Below, piece by piece: positions 1-8,647 of a stretch of DNA of 64,000 nucleotides. Numbering within the stretch: the first letter of the stretch is position 1; each line of letters starts with the position of its first letter. Origin of the DNA: Bacteroidales bacterium (GTDB lineage: Bacteria; Bacteroidota; Bacteroidia; Bacteroidales; UBA4181). The stretch lies in the NCBI GenBank assembly GCA_017523725.1, contig JAFWVY010000038.1, positions 1,487-65,486 of the forward strand, in the 5' to 3' direction. A program made the position numbers and the translations under genes. The notes beneath the pieces are model-generated. The model saw nothing but the letters and a program-made list of their open reading frames with translations. It made no database searches and was not told the DNA's origin.

Positions 1-2282
1 ACCCGGCGGAAGGCGTCACTCACCGGAAGGGTGTAGAGACGGCCGCGGCGGCAGCTGGCCGTTGCACGGACATCTGCTACGCTGGCGGCAAAGGATACCG
101 TGTAGTTGCCGGCAGGTGCTTCCCAACGGTTGGCTGCTTCGTTGAACGAAGCCAGTTCGTAGGCGCTGATGTCAAACGAAAGCAGCTGCGACTCGCCGGG
201 TTGCAGCAACCGGGTCTTGGCGAACGCCTTGAGTTCTTTCTTGGGTTTCTCAAGTCCGCCGGCCGGTGCGGAGACATAGACCTCCACGACCTCTTTGCCG
301 GCCACGCTGCCGGAGTTCGTCACCCTGACCGTAGCCCTGAGGCCGGACGCGGACGCCTTGGCCACCGGTTTGGAATAGGTGAAGGTCGTGTAAGAAAGGC
401 CGTATCCGAACGGATAAGACACATCCTTGCCGGCCGTGTCGAAATAACGGTAGCCGACCCAGATGCCTTCCTCGTAACGCACATAGTCGATGTTCGGCCT
501 CGGCTGACCGTCAGTCGGGCGACCACCCGCATTCTCATATGGGAAATTGGCCGACGAAGGATGATCGAGATACGCCACAGGGAACGTCATCGGCAACTTG
601 CCCGAAGGATTCACGCGCCCCGTAAGGATGTCCGCCACGGCATTGGCGCCTTCCTGCCCGGGCGACCACGGCAGCAGGATGGCATCGGCCTTCTCTTTCC
701 AGGACGCCGTCTCGATGACACCGCCCACGTTGAGAACTACGACCACCTTCTTGCTGGCTTCGTGGAATCGCTGTGACACGTTCTCGATAAGCGCACGTTC
801 GATGGCGGTGAGTTCAAAATCGTCCGGCACCCGGCGGTCGGCTCCTTCACCGGCATTGCGGCCGATGACGATAATCGCCGCATCGTTCGAGGAAGCCTGC
901 CGTCCGATGGCGGCCATAGGCATCTCTATCTCGGCGAGCTTGCTGCTGCCGAACATGCCGCCGCGCCGGTTCTGCATGAGCCGGCTGCGGGCCCGGTCGA
1001 AAGCGATGTAACTATCATAGTAATCCAACAGGGTCTGGTCGAGTTCGAATCCGGCATTCTGCAGCCCCTCCTGCATGTTCACGACGTACGCCTTGTTGAC
1101 GTTGCCGCTGCCGGTACCGCCCGCGACGAAATCGATGGAACCGATGCCATACAGCGCGATGCGCCGGATGTCCTTGAAGGGCAATGTGCCGTTTTCGTTG
1201 CGGAGCAGCACGATCGACTCGGCCGCCGCGTCACGCGCCAGCTTCGCATGCGCTTCGAGATCCGGTTTGTTGGAATAACGGTACTTCCTGAAAGCAGGCG
1301 TCTTGACAATATATTCGAGCATGCGGCGCACATTCCGGTCGACATATTCTTCGGCCAGGCTGCCGTCCTTGACAGCGGCCACGATGCGGTCTATCTCCTG
1401 CTGGTTGCCCGGCTCCATCAGGTCGTTGCCGGATGCAGCGGCCTTGACGGTTCCCGCCTTGCTGCCCCAGTCGGTCATGACGATACCCTTGTAGCCCCAG
1501 TCGTCGCGGAGCACCTTGGTCAGCAGGTCTTCGCTCTGCTGCGCATAGTCGCCGTCCAGTTTGTTATACGAAGACATCACCGTCCACGGTTCGGCTTTGG
1601 TGATGGCAATTTCGAAGTTCTTGAGATACAGTTCACGCAACGCACGGGCACTGACAATCGACTCCGCTTCGTTGCGGTTGGTCTCCTGGTTGTTGGTGGC
1701 GTAGTGCTTGATGGAAGTACCGACCTGGTTGCTCTGGACACCGCGGATATAGGCCGCCGCCATGTTGCCGGAGAGCACCGGGTCTTCCGAGAAATACTCG
1801 AAATTGCGGCCGCAGAGCGGATTACGGTGCAGGTTGACACCAGGTGCCAGCAGCACATCGACACCGTATTCGAGCACCTCGTTGCCCATGGCCGTCGTGA
1901 CTTTCTGCACCAGGTCGAGGTCCCACGAAGAAGCCAGCAGCGTACCGACCGGGAAGCCCGTGCAATAGAACGTCTGGTCGGTTCCCTGCCGGGTGGGGTT
2001 GATACGGAGGCCGGCCGGGCCGTCGGCGAGATAAGTCTGCGGAATGCCCAGCCGTGCGATGGGCCGGGTGTTGCCGGCCGCACCTTCCACGGGGCCGACC
2101 GCCTGCCCGGTGGGAACGCCGTCCGTCGTTGCGTTGCGCGCACCGCCGACCAGCAGCGTGGCCTTTTCTTCAAGCGTCATGGCGCGGAGGATTTCTTCCG
2201 CATTGTCTTTGGTCAACTGGATCTGGGCCATCACGGAGAAGGCACAAAGCAAGACCCCGACCGTCAGGAAAAGTCTTTTCAT
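1..2282 (-). CDS. Glycoside hydrolase family 3 (beta-glucosidase-like) with signal peptide and C-terminal Fn3-like domain; 3' end runs off the window
   Basis: Manual minus-strand translation from ATG 2282: MKRLFLTVGVLLCAFSVMAQ signal, ADGPAG, GRNFEYFSEDP, KHY, VMTDW (nucleophile Asp), GYRYFD/PFGYGLSYTTF. No stop before position 1, which is why the ORF track lacks it. Confidence 0.93.
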   Translation of the reverse strand, partial: MKRLFLTVGVLLCAFSVMAQIQLTKDNAEEILRAMTLEEKATLLVGGARNATTDGVPTGQAVGPVEGAAGNTRPIARLGIPQTYLADGPAGLRINPTRQGTDQTFYCTGFPVGTLLASSWDLDLVQKVTTAMGNEVLEYGVDVLLAPGVNLHRNPLCGRNFEYFSEDPVLSGNMAAAYIRGVQSNQVGTSIKHYATNNQETNRNEAESIVSARALRELYLKNFEIAITKAEPWTVMSSYNKLDGDYAQQSEDLLTKVLRDDWGYKGIVMTDWGSKAGTVKAAASGNDLMEPGNQQEIDRIVAAVKDGSLAEEYVDRNVRRMLEYIVKTPAFRKYRYSNKPDLEAHAKLARDAAAESIVLLRNENGTLPFKDIRRIALYGIGSIDFVAGGTGSGNVNKAYVVNMQEGLQNAGFELDQTLLDYYDSYIAFDRARSRLMQNRRGGMFGSSKLAEIEMPMAAIGRQASSNDAAIIVIGRNAGEGADRRVPDDFELTAIERALIENVSQRFHEASKKVVVVLNVGGVIETASWKEKADAILLPWSPGQEGANAVADILTGRVNPSGKLPMTFPVAYLDHPSSANFPYENAGGRPTDGQPRPNIDYVRYEEGIWVGYRYFDTAGKDVSYPFGYGLSYTTFTYSKPVAKASASGLRATVRVTNSGSVAGKEVVEVYVSAPAGGLEKPKKELKAFAKTRLLQPGESQLLSFDISAYELASFNEAANRWEAPAGNYTVSFAASVADVRATASCRRGRLYTLPVSDAFRR

Positions 2283-2314
2283 AAATGTCCGTTGTAAAAT
2301 GTTACTGAAAAAAA

Positions 2315-2758
2315 CTACAGACCGATATAGGCTGCCTTGAGCACATTCCGGCAGCGCATGCGGGTATCTTCGTCCATCAGCAGATCGAAAAGTTCCTTGT
2401 CCAGCACTGCCTGTACACTGCATCGCCTGAGCATGACAGCCGTGGGCGGCTGCGTCATGTCCTCCAGCCGTCCGCCGTCGCTCCGCCGCATGGTACAGAA
2501 CGGCTCGTGGCGGAGGGCCCAGAACGCCCTGCCGACACGGGGCTTGAGCGCACTGTCCTTGCCGGCATAGGACTGCCAGTTCACCCGGTATATACGTTCC
2601 AGCACCTTGCTCATCTCAATTTCGGGACTCTTCACGAAACCCATGTCGATCATGTCGATGATACTGAGAAGCAGGATGGCTTTGTGCGGCGTCACTTGCC
2701 CCGACGGACGTTCCGCGCGGAGAGATACAAGCTGAGCCAGATAAGATTGGAGAGACAT
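2315..2758 (-). CDS. Small protein resembling the N-terminal SBD-like domain of COG3440/McrA-type restriction endonucleases, with no HNH domain
   Basis: PHKAILLLSIIDMIDMG and AFWAL resemble the HKP-LLL...YPFWxL pattern of SBD-HNH enzymes. 147 aa, no Cys/His nuclease motifs. Confidence 0.6.
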   Translation of the reverse strand: MSLQSYLAQLVSLRAERPSGQVTPHKAILLLSIIDMIDMGFVKSPEIEMSKVLERIYRVNWQSYAGKDSALKPRVGRAFWALRHEPFCTMRRSDGGRLEDMTQPPTAVMLRRCSVQAVLDKELFDLLMDEDTRMRCRNVLKAAYIGL

Positions 2759-2904
2759 GATGCTTTGTATGACTTGTAAAACGCAATGTTAATAAATAAT
2801 ATCGAAAATGCGCCATCCTTCGGCGTTTATTCTTCAAATTAGGGAACCGGTGCGGTAAAAAAACGGGAAACGGACCCTCAGTAAAGCACGGTGCGGAAAA
2901 AGAC

Positions 2905-2912
2905 TACCTTTG
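2905..2912 (+). promoter_or_regulatory. Bacteroidota sigma-A -7 box (TACCTTTG) for the lipoprotein gene
   Basis: Matches TAnnTTTG, 18 nt before ATG 2931. Confidence 0.7.
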
Positions 2913-2930
2913 CAAAAAAAACCGACACCG

Positions 2931-3443
2931 ATGAAAAAGATATTCCAACTACTGGCGCTCGCAGCCGTCCTGTTTTGCCCGGCCTGCGACCATGACGATG
3001 ACAAAACGTACGATACGACTTATACCTATTTTGTGCGCCGGATTGCCGAAGATGAAGGCACACAGGTCCTGGTTCCCAATGGCTCGGTCCGTGCATGGCT
3101 CGAAACCGAAATCGAGAAACTGCACGCAACCTACGATCTCACCGAGGATGTCCACGTCGCAGGCGACCTCATCGCCCGCGAACTGGCACCATACGATGCT
3201 GCGGCCGCCCGCAAGGGACCGGCTGGCGATGAGGCTATCCGCCAGTTGAAATCTGCATTCGAGAATTATCTGGCCGGGCATCCGGAAGCCGGCGGACCGG
3301 CCTTCCGGTTCTACCTGCAATACGTCATCTACCGCGGCAACGAAGAGCGGTTCTCGGACTCCTCGCCGGATACACCGCTCATCAAATTCGTCTATCAGTC
3401 AGACGCGGTGGAGTTCAAGTTCGAGCCGGCCGGAGCTGAATAA
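2931..3443 (+). CDS. Hypothetical lipoprotein
   Basis: MKKIFQLLALAAVLFCPA-C signal/lipobox followed by acidic DHDDDK, like a Bacteroidota lipoprotein export signal. Confidence 0.75.
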   Translation: MKKIFQLLALAAVLFCPACDHDDDKTYDTTYTYFVRRIAEDEGTQVLVPNGSVRAWLETEIEKLHATYDLTEDVHVAGDLIARELAPYDAAAARKGPAGDEAIRQLKSAFENYLAGHPEAGGPAFRFYLQYVIYRGNEERFSDSSPDTPLIKFVYQSDAVEFKFEPAGAE

Positions 3444-4180
3444 TCCGCATACTGTTCAGGTGTCAGAATCCACTTGGCAATGACGGACACCGCCACCTGA
3501 TGGCCTGCTGCATTGGGATGGTTGGACTGGCTCATGTAGTCTGCGATACGGGCACCGCGGCCAATCATCGCCACAAATTCGGCATAGATGTCGGCCAGTC
3601 CGACATGGTATTCCGCGGCCAGACGCCGGATCATCTCCGCATGCTGCGTCAGCGGGTCGTCGGGACTCGTCATCCGCGCACTGAGATCGGGAGTCGGCGT
3701 ACAGAGCACCACCTTGACTCCCGCCTGAAGCGCCTCCTCGATCATCTTGCGCCAGCCTTTTTCAGCCCGTTCCAGCCCGAGTTTCCGGTCGTTCAGCGCA
3801 TAGTCGATGAACACGACATCGGGACGGTGTGTCAGCACTTCCGATGTAAAACGGGCGCTCCCCTGCTCCGCATCCTCGCCGCCGATAGCCGTCGTAATGG
3901 TGTTGACCACAGCGTTCGGATAATATTTCTTGATCGTGACCAGTGTCTGGTACGGATAGGCATCCAACGTGGCCACGACAGGCGTTCTGGCATAGCCGGC
4001 CGGCACGCTGTGCCCGTGGAAGACGATGTTGACCGTCCGGTTGAGCGGCCAGCGGGCGTTCATAGGCTCCCGCAGCGAAGCGAGGTACGTATCGGACGAA
4101 GCCGGCTGCGCGACACAGGACATCGCCCAAAACAGAGCCGCAGACAAAAGGGCTCCGCAACGGATAAACATGTTCTTCAT
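3395..4180 (-). CDS. SGNH/GDSL hydrolase (esterase), secreted
   Basis: FHGHSV (block I), AIGGE (block II), DYALND (block III), SNHPN (block V); N-terminal signal peptide. Confidence 0.85.
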   Translation of the reverse strand: MKNMFIRCGALLSAALFWAMSCVAQPASSDTYLASLREPMNARWPLNRTVNIVFHGHSVPAGYARTPVVATLDAYPYQTLVTIKKYYPNAVVNTITTAIGGEDAEQGSARFTSEVLTHRPDVVFIDYALNDRKLGLERAEKGWRKMIEEALQAGVKVVLCTPTPDLSARMTSPDDPLTQHAEMIRRLAAEYHVGLADIYAEFVAMIGRGARIADYMSQSNHPNAAGHQVAVSVIAKWILTPEQYADYSAPAGSNLNSTASD

Positions 4181-4198
4181 GGTCATATGCCTTAACGG

Positions 4199-4222
4199 GA
4201 AGAAGGCCCGCAGGCCTTCTTC
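4199..4222. terminator. Stem-loop between the yhcH-like and SGNH genes
   Basis: GAAGAAGGCC-CGCA-GGCCTTCTTC, a perfect 10-bp stem. Confidence 0.5.
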
Positions 4223-4235
4223 ATTTAACTTGATA

Positions 4236-4880
4236 TCAGTCTCTTACATATTCAATCTTGGCTACCACCTTACGCACATCACCGGCACGTCCGGCCTGCA
4301 GCAGCGGCTGATGGAAGTTCTTCGGGAAGAACAGGAAGAATATGGAAGGATCGGAATCGCCATAGATCATCTTTTCGGCCGGTGCCGTATAATAGATGTT
4401 GTCACCCCGCAGCGGTTCGGACACTGTGGCTATCTCGGCCGAAGCCACACCGAAACGTTCCGTACCCGTCACCACGTACTGGAGATCGATATACTTGAGA
4501 TGCGACTCTATCTTGCTCTGGGACGCAGGTTTGGTCTGGGCGTCCTGCACATTGATAAAGCAGCGGTCACCGGCGATTTCGTAACGGCCAGCCGGCATCT
4601 TGGCCAGGTCGTGGCCTGCCATCCACTCAAAGACGCTGTCCCAGATTTCCCTGTTCTTGGCATACTGCGTCGCAAACTCCCGCATGTCGGTCTTGCTCCA
4701 GGGCATGGCCGTGAACCCGTGGGACCATCCCTTTTTGTCCACCCATTTCTGGATTTTCTTATCCGACATTTTCGCGACATTCATATTCAGGTTCGAATGT
4801 TTTCTGGCACCCATGGCCACCCCGGCGGTCAGCAGACAGACCACCGTCATCAAGACGATTTTTACAAATGTTCTTTTCAT
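4236..4880 (-). CDS. YhcH/YjgK/YiaL (NanQ-like) family protein with signal peptide
   Basis: ESHLKYIDLQYVVTGTE and FFLFFPKNFHQP, VRKVVAKI motifs; hydrophobic N-terminal signal. Confidence 0.88.
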   Translation of the reverse strand: MKRTFVKIVLMTVVCLLTAGVAMGARKHSNLNMNVAKMSDKKIQKWVDKKGWSHGFTAMPWSKTDMREFATQYAKNREIWDSVFEWMAGHDLAKMPAGRYEIAGDRCFINVQDAQTKPASQSKIESHLKYIDLQYVVTGTERFGVASAEIATVSEPLRGDNIYYTAPAEKMIYGDSDPSIFFLFFPKNFHQPLLQAGRAGDVRKVVAKIEYVRD

Positions 4881-4977
4881 AGCTGATTGATTTTACGGCG
4901 CCGCGCCGGCCGGCCATGACCGGACCTCGCGGTTGCGCCCGCTAAATTATAAAAAAAAATGATGTGCGATGCGGCGG

Positions 4978-5778
4978 CTACAGTTCGCACAGACGCCACT
5001 GCGACCGGTTCAGGAAACGCCCGGAAAGCGGCGTCACCTGTCCGGCGCGCGCCAACAGCGCCGTGCCGTCAAACACCTGGTCCGTCGTCGATTCGCCCTG
5101 CCCGGCCGACACATATATAAACGGCACCTTGAGCCGGAACGATTCGGTCGCAAGATGGCGGCCGAGTGCATCACTGCGTCCGGCCAGCGCCGGAATGGCG
5201 GCCGCGACACACACGGCACGGGCGCCCGACGCCACCTGCTGCACATACGGCGGCAACGGTGCCAGGACGTCATCGCCCACCGTCAGGCACAGCGACATGT
5301 CGTCCATACGGAAAACCGACGGCCCGCCGACCGGAAGCGACTGTCCTCCTATCCGGACTGAAGTTTCCGGCAGCATACTGCCGGGCACGAACCAGCGGCG
5401 CCCCTGCATCACCTTGCCGGCAGGCTGGTACTGCTTCAGCGCGACATGCAGGGCACGGCCGTGCGCAAAGACCACCATCGCATCCGCCAGGCCGCCGGGT
5501 ACGGCAAGCGGCAGTCCGACCGCCACGGCGATGTCCAGGTCCTGCGTACGCGACATCATATCCTGCAGCGCCAGAAAAGCTCCCTGCACGAGCACTTCCT
5601 GGCCGAACAGATCTGCACACGTAGCGCCGGTGACCGACAGTTCCGGGAAAAGCACCAGACGTGCGCCGGCAGCTGCGGCTTCCTGCGACAGACGTACCAT
5701 TTCATTTGCATTGGCCGTGCAATCGCCCAGGGTTACCACCGGGACGGCCACCGCCATCTTCCATGTCCGAGATTCCAT
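4978..5778 (-). CDS. Stand-alone carbon-nitrogen hydrolase domain resembling the glutaminase domain of Gln-dependent NAD+ synthetase; catalytic Cys absent
   Basis: LFPELSVTG, CADLF, RRWF and GESTTDQVF motifs. TVGDD stands where EICED is expected. The ORF ends before any synthetase domain. Confidence 0.75.
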   Translation of the reverse strand: MESRTWKMAVAVPVVTLGDCTANANEMVRLSQEAAAAGARLVLFPELSVTGATCADLFGQEVLVQGAFLALQDMMSRTQDLDIAVAVGLPLAVPGGLADAMVVFAHGRALHVALKQYQPAGKVMQGRRWFVPGSMLPETSVRIGGQSLPVGGPSVFRMDDMSLCLTVGDDVLAPLPPYVQQVASGARAVCVAAAIPALAGRSDALGRHLATESFRLKVPFIYVSAGQGESTTDQVFDGTALLARAGQVTPLSGRFLNRSQWRLCEL

Positions 5779-5852
5779 AGTCTTTTTGTTTGACGCCCTA
5801 AAAGTACAGAGAATTTTTTCGTTTTTTCTTGTTCAGATGAAAGAAAAGATTT

Positions 5853-5860
5853 TACCTTTG
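5853..5860 (+). promoter_or_regulatory. Bacteroidota -7 box (TACCTTTG) for the marR-fadL unit
   Basis: TAnnTTTG, 38 nt upstream of ATG 5899. Confidence 0.75.
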
Positions 5861-5868
5861 CGAAAAAT

Positions 5869-5887
5869 TAATTAGTCTAACTAATTA
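5869..5887. promoter_or_regulatory. Operator-like palindrome TAATTAGT-CTA-ACTAATTA
   Basis: Perfect 8-3-8 inverted repeat just downstream of the -7 box and upstream of the MarR start. Confidence 0.65.
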
Positions 5888-5898
5888 TAAAGACAGGC

Positions 5899-6438
5899 AT
5901 GCAGAACGAATACGCCCAGGCACTCAACGACCTTCTGGTCGAAGGATTCCGCGCCGTGCTCCAGATCGAGGAGCAACAGATTCGTTCCGCAAAGGGCATC
6001 GATCTCACCATCAACGAACTGCACATGTTGGAGACCATCGGCAGAAGCAGCGGCGGCGTACAGGTGAAAGACATCGCCAAAGCCCTGCAGGTGACCCTGC
6101 CCTCCGTCAGCATCGCCACGCAAAAGCTCGAACGCAAAGGATACATCGTCCGCCTCCGGGGCACCGGGGACAGACGCTGCGTGCGCATCGTCCTCACCGC
6201 CGAAGGCGAACGTGTCAACCGCATCCACGCCTATTTTCACGAACGCATGGTGCGGTCCATCACCGACAAGATGACTGAGAAAGACCGGGAAGTCTTTTTC
6301 AACGCCATCTACAAACTGGACTGTTTTTTCAAGGACCAGCTCTCAAAAATCGAAAATTATTCAAACGACAACGCGGCCAAGACGTCCGACGGCACAACCG
6401 ACACGGCGCCGGGACCGCAAAACCTAACACACAAATAA
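5899..6438 (+). CDS. MarR-family transcriptional regulator, FabT-like
   Basis: wHTH with KLERKGYIVR...DRRCVRIVLT; N-terminal VLQIEE...DLTINELHMLETIG and C-terminal HAYFHERMV resemble FabT as recalled. Confidence 0.88.
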   Translation: MQNEYAQALNDLLVEGFRAVLQIEEQQIRSAKGIDLTINELHMLETIGRSSGGVQVKDIAKALQVTLPSVSIATQKLERKGYIVRLRGTGDRRCVRIVLTAEGERVNRIHAYFHERMVRSITDKMTEKDREVFFNAIYKLDCFFKDQLSKIENYSNDNAAKTSDGTTDTAPGPQNLTHK

Positions 6439-6440
6439 AA

Positions 6441-7862
6441 ATGAACAGAAAAACTTTGATCGCAGCCTGTGCGGCCGTCTTTTTCGGCCTGCTGCAACCG
6501 ACCATGGTCGAAGCTGGCGGACTCGTCACCAACACGAACCAGAATATCCGCTTTGTGCGGATGCTCGCCCGGGACGCTTCCACGGACATCGATGCTATTT
6601 TCGCCAACCCGGCCGGTACCGCATTCATGGACGACGGTTTCTATCTCTCGCTGAATGTCCAGACTATCAAGCAGGAACGTATCATCACCTCCACGTTCCC
6701 GATGTTCGAGAACGGACAGAAGGAATTCAAGGGCAAGACGTTCGTCCCCGTCTATCCGCAGATTGACGTGGCCTACAAGAAAGGCGACTGGACCTTCTCC
6801 GGAGCCCTTTCGGTCATCGGCGGCGGCGGCCAATGCGAATTCGAGAATGGTCTCCCCATGTTCGAGGCTTCCATCGCCACCATTCCGGCCCTGCTGACGA
6901 AAATGGGCATCCCCACGTCGAAATACAGCGTGGACATCTATCTGAACGGTGAACAATACATCTATTCCGCCCAGCTTGGTGCGGCCCGCGCGCTGTCAGA
7001 ATCTGTGTCCATCTACGCCGGTATGCGCCTGAACTGGGTGAGGAACCACTACGACGGCTACATCCGCGACATCAAGATCAACCCGATGATGGCCGGCAAC
7101 CCGCTGGCAGGCATGATGGCTGCGCCGGATTTCTTCGGCATGCTCAGCGCCAGCCTGGCTCAGGCCGATCCCGCCACCTCCGCCATGGCTGCAGGATATG
7201 CCAAGGCCACTTCCAACATGGATCTCGATATGGACCAGAAAGGCTTCGGCATCACGCCGATTTTCGGCATCGACGTCAAGACCGGCAAATGGAACTTCGG
7301 TCTGAAATATGAGATGAACACCGATATCGAGACCAAGAACGAAACGAAAGTCAACACCTTGCCGGCCGGCAAGAAGGAGGCCTATGACGACGGCGTCAAG
7401 ACCGCAGCCGACATCCCCGGCATGGTGACGCTCGGCGCATCCTACGAAATTATTGACGGCCTGCGTGCCGCCGTCGGATACCACCACTATTTCGACAACC
7501 ACGCCAACCTGGCCTCCAACAGAGAGCACCTCATCGACCATGGTATCAACGAATACATGTGGGGTGTTGAATGGGATTGCACCGACCGCATCACGGTGAG
7601 CGGCGGCATGCAATTCACCAAGTCGGGTGTGACGGACGCCTACCAGAGCGACCTGAACTTCAGCCTCAGCTCCTACTCGTTCGGCTTCGGCGGCGCATAC
7701 AAACTCACGCCGAAAACCACGATCAACGCGGGCTACTTCTGCACCAAGTACGACCACTGGGACGTGGCCTATGCCAATTTCAACGGCACCGGCATCCCGG
7801 GCAGCACCGATTACTACCGCACCAGCAACACCTTCGGTCTGGGCGTGGACTTCAAGTTCTAA
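6441..7862 (+). CDS. OmpP1/FadL/TodX-family outer-membrane transporter
   Basis: Signal peptide, GGLVTNTNQN...ARDAST..DAIFANPAG (NPA hatch motif), beta-strand pattern, C-terminal Phe. Confidence 0.85.
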   Translation: MNRKTLIAACAAVFFGLLQPTMVEAGGLVTNTNQNIRFVRMLARDASTDIDAIFANPAGTAFMDDGFYLSLNVQTIKQERIITSTFPMFENGQKEFKGKTFVPVYPQIDVAYKKGDWTFSGALSVIGGGGQCEFENGLPMFEASIATIPALLTKMGIPTSKYSVDIYLNGEQYIYSAQLGAARALSESVSIYAGMRLNWVRNHYDGYIRDIKINPMMAGNPLAGMMAAPDFFGMLSASLAQADPATSAMAAGYAKATSNMDLDMDQKGFGITPIFGIDVKTGKWNFGLKYEMNTDIETKNETKVNTLPAGKKEAYDDGVKTAADIPGMVTLGASYEIIDGLRAAVGYHHYFDNHANLASNREHLIDHGINEYMWGVEWDCTDRITVSGGMQFTKSGVTDAYQSDLNFSLSSYSFGFGGAYKLTPKTTINAGYFCTKYDHWDVAYANFNGTGIPGSTDYYRTSNTFGLGVDFKF

Positions 7863-8641
7863 ACCAGATTGTTCCAGATGCGCCAGGCGGCTTCAGCCTG
7901 ACCGTGCAGCATGGCAAGGCCTGACGACACGACAGCCTGCTGTCTGGCGCATCTTTTCATAAAAGCAGTCTCCGGCGGATTGTACACCAGGTCGAAACAG
8001 ACCGTACCCGGCCGGATACCTTCGTAGGGAATCGGAGCACATGCCTCCATGGCGGGCCAGGTCCCGAGCGGTGTGGCATTGACCACCACCTGGAAATCAG
8101 CCATCGCGCCGGCCGTCAGCGACTGGTAAGTCCAGTCGGCGCAGTCGGAACGCGAGACAAACTGCACCCCCATCCCCCGTTTCCGCAACACATACTGCAC
8201 GGCCGCAGCTGCACCGCCGGTCCCGAGGACCAACGCCCGGGCCGCCGGTCCGGCCTGCGGGAAACACGCATCCCGGCTGTCCAGACAAACCTGCAGGGCG
8301 CCGTCGAATCCAAGTGTATCGGTATTGTAACCCTTCAGAAAAACACCTCCGTCCGTCCGGGATATGGCGATGACATTCACAGCTCCCGCCTCGGCCGCCT
8401 CCTCACTGAGCGCATCCAGCAGCGGAATAACTTCCTTCTTATAAGGTATCGTCACATTCAGTCCGCACAGGTTCGGATAACGCTCCACCAGCGGCCGTAC
8501 CTGTTCTGCGCTGTCCAACTCGAAATTGCGGTATGCGTACGACGGGAGTCCTTCCTTTTCAAACTTCCCGGTAAAATAACGCTGCGAAAAAGAGTGGCTG
8601 AGCGTTTTGCCCACCAGCCCGAACAAATGGGTGATTTCCAT
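7859..8641 (-). CDS. aroE: Shikimate dehydrogenase
   Basis: SHSFS, GLNVTIPYK, GAVN, NTD, GTGGAA, NATPLG, DLVYNP, MLHGQA. Confidence 0.95.
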   Translation of the reverse strand: MEITHLFGLVGKTLSHSFSQRYFTGKFEKEGLPSYAYRNFELDSAEQVRPLVERYPNLCGLNVTIPYKKEVIPLLDALSEEAAEAGAVNVIAISRTDGGVFLKGYNTDTLGFDGALQVCLDSRDACFPQAGPAARALVLGTGGAAAAVQYVLRKRGMGVQFVSRSDCADWTYQSLTAGAMADFQVVVNATPLGTWPAMEACAPIPYEGIRPGTVCFDLVYNPPETAFMKRCARQQAVVSSGLAMLHGQAEAAWRIWNNLV

Positions 8642-8647
8642 GAATGA

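Noticed and set aside
201-2297. Plus-strand ORFs 201-776 and 1248-2297
   Set aside because: Antisense shadows of the GH3 gene; no recognisable motifs.
2848-2903. Short direct repeat CGGTGCGG followed by an A-run
   Set aside because: Only 8 bp exact and two copies; compatible with chance.
4978-5778. Calling this gene nadE or a frameshifted nadE
   Set aside because: No synthetase-domain sequence follows; the yhcH-like gene begins about 100 bp downstream.
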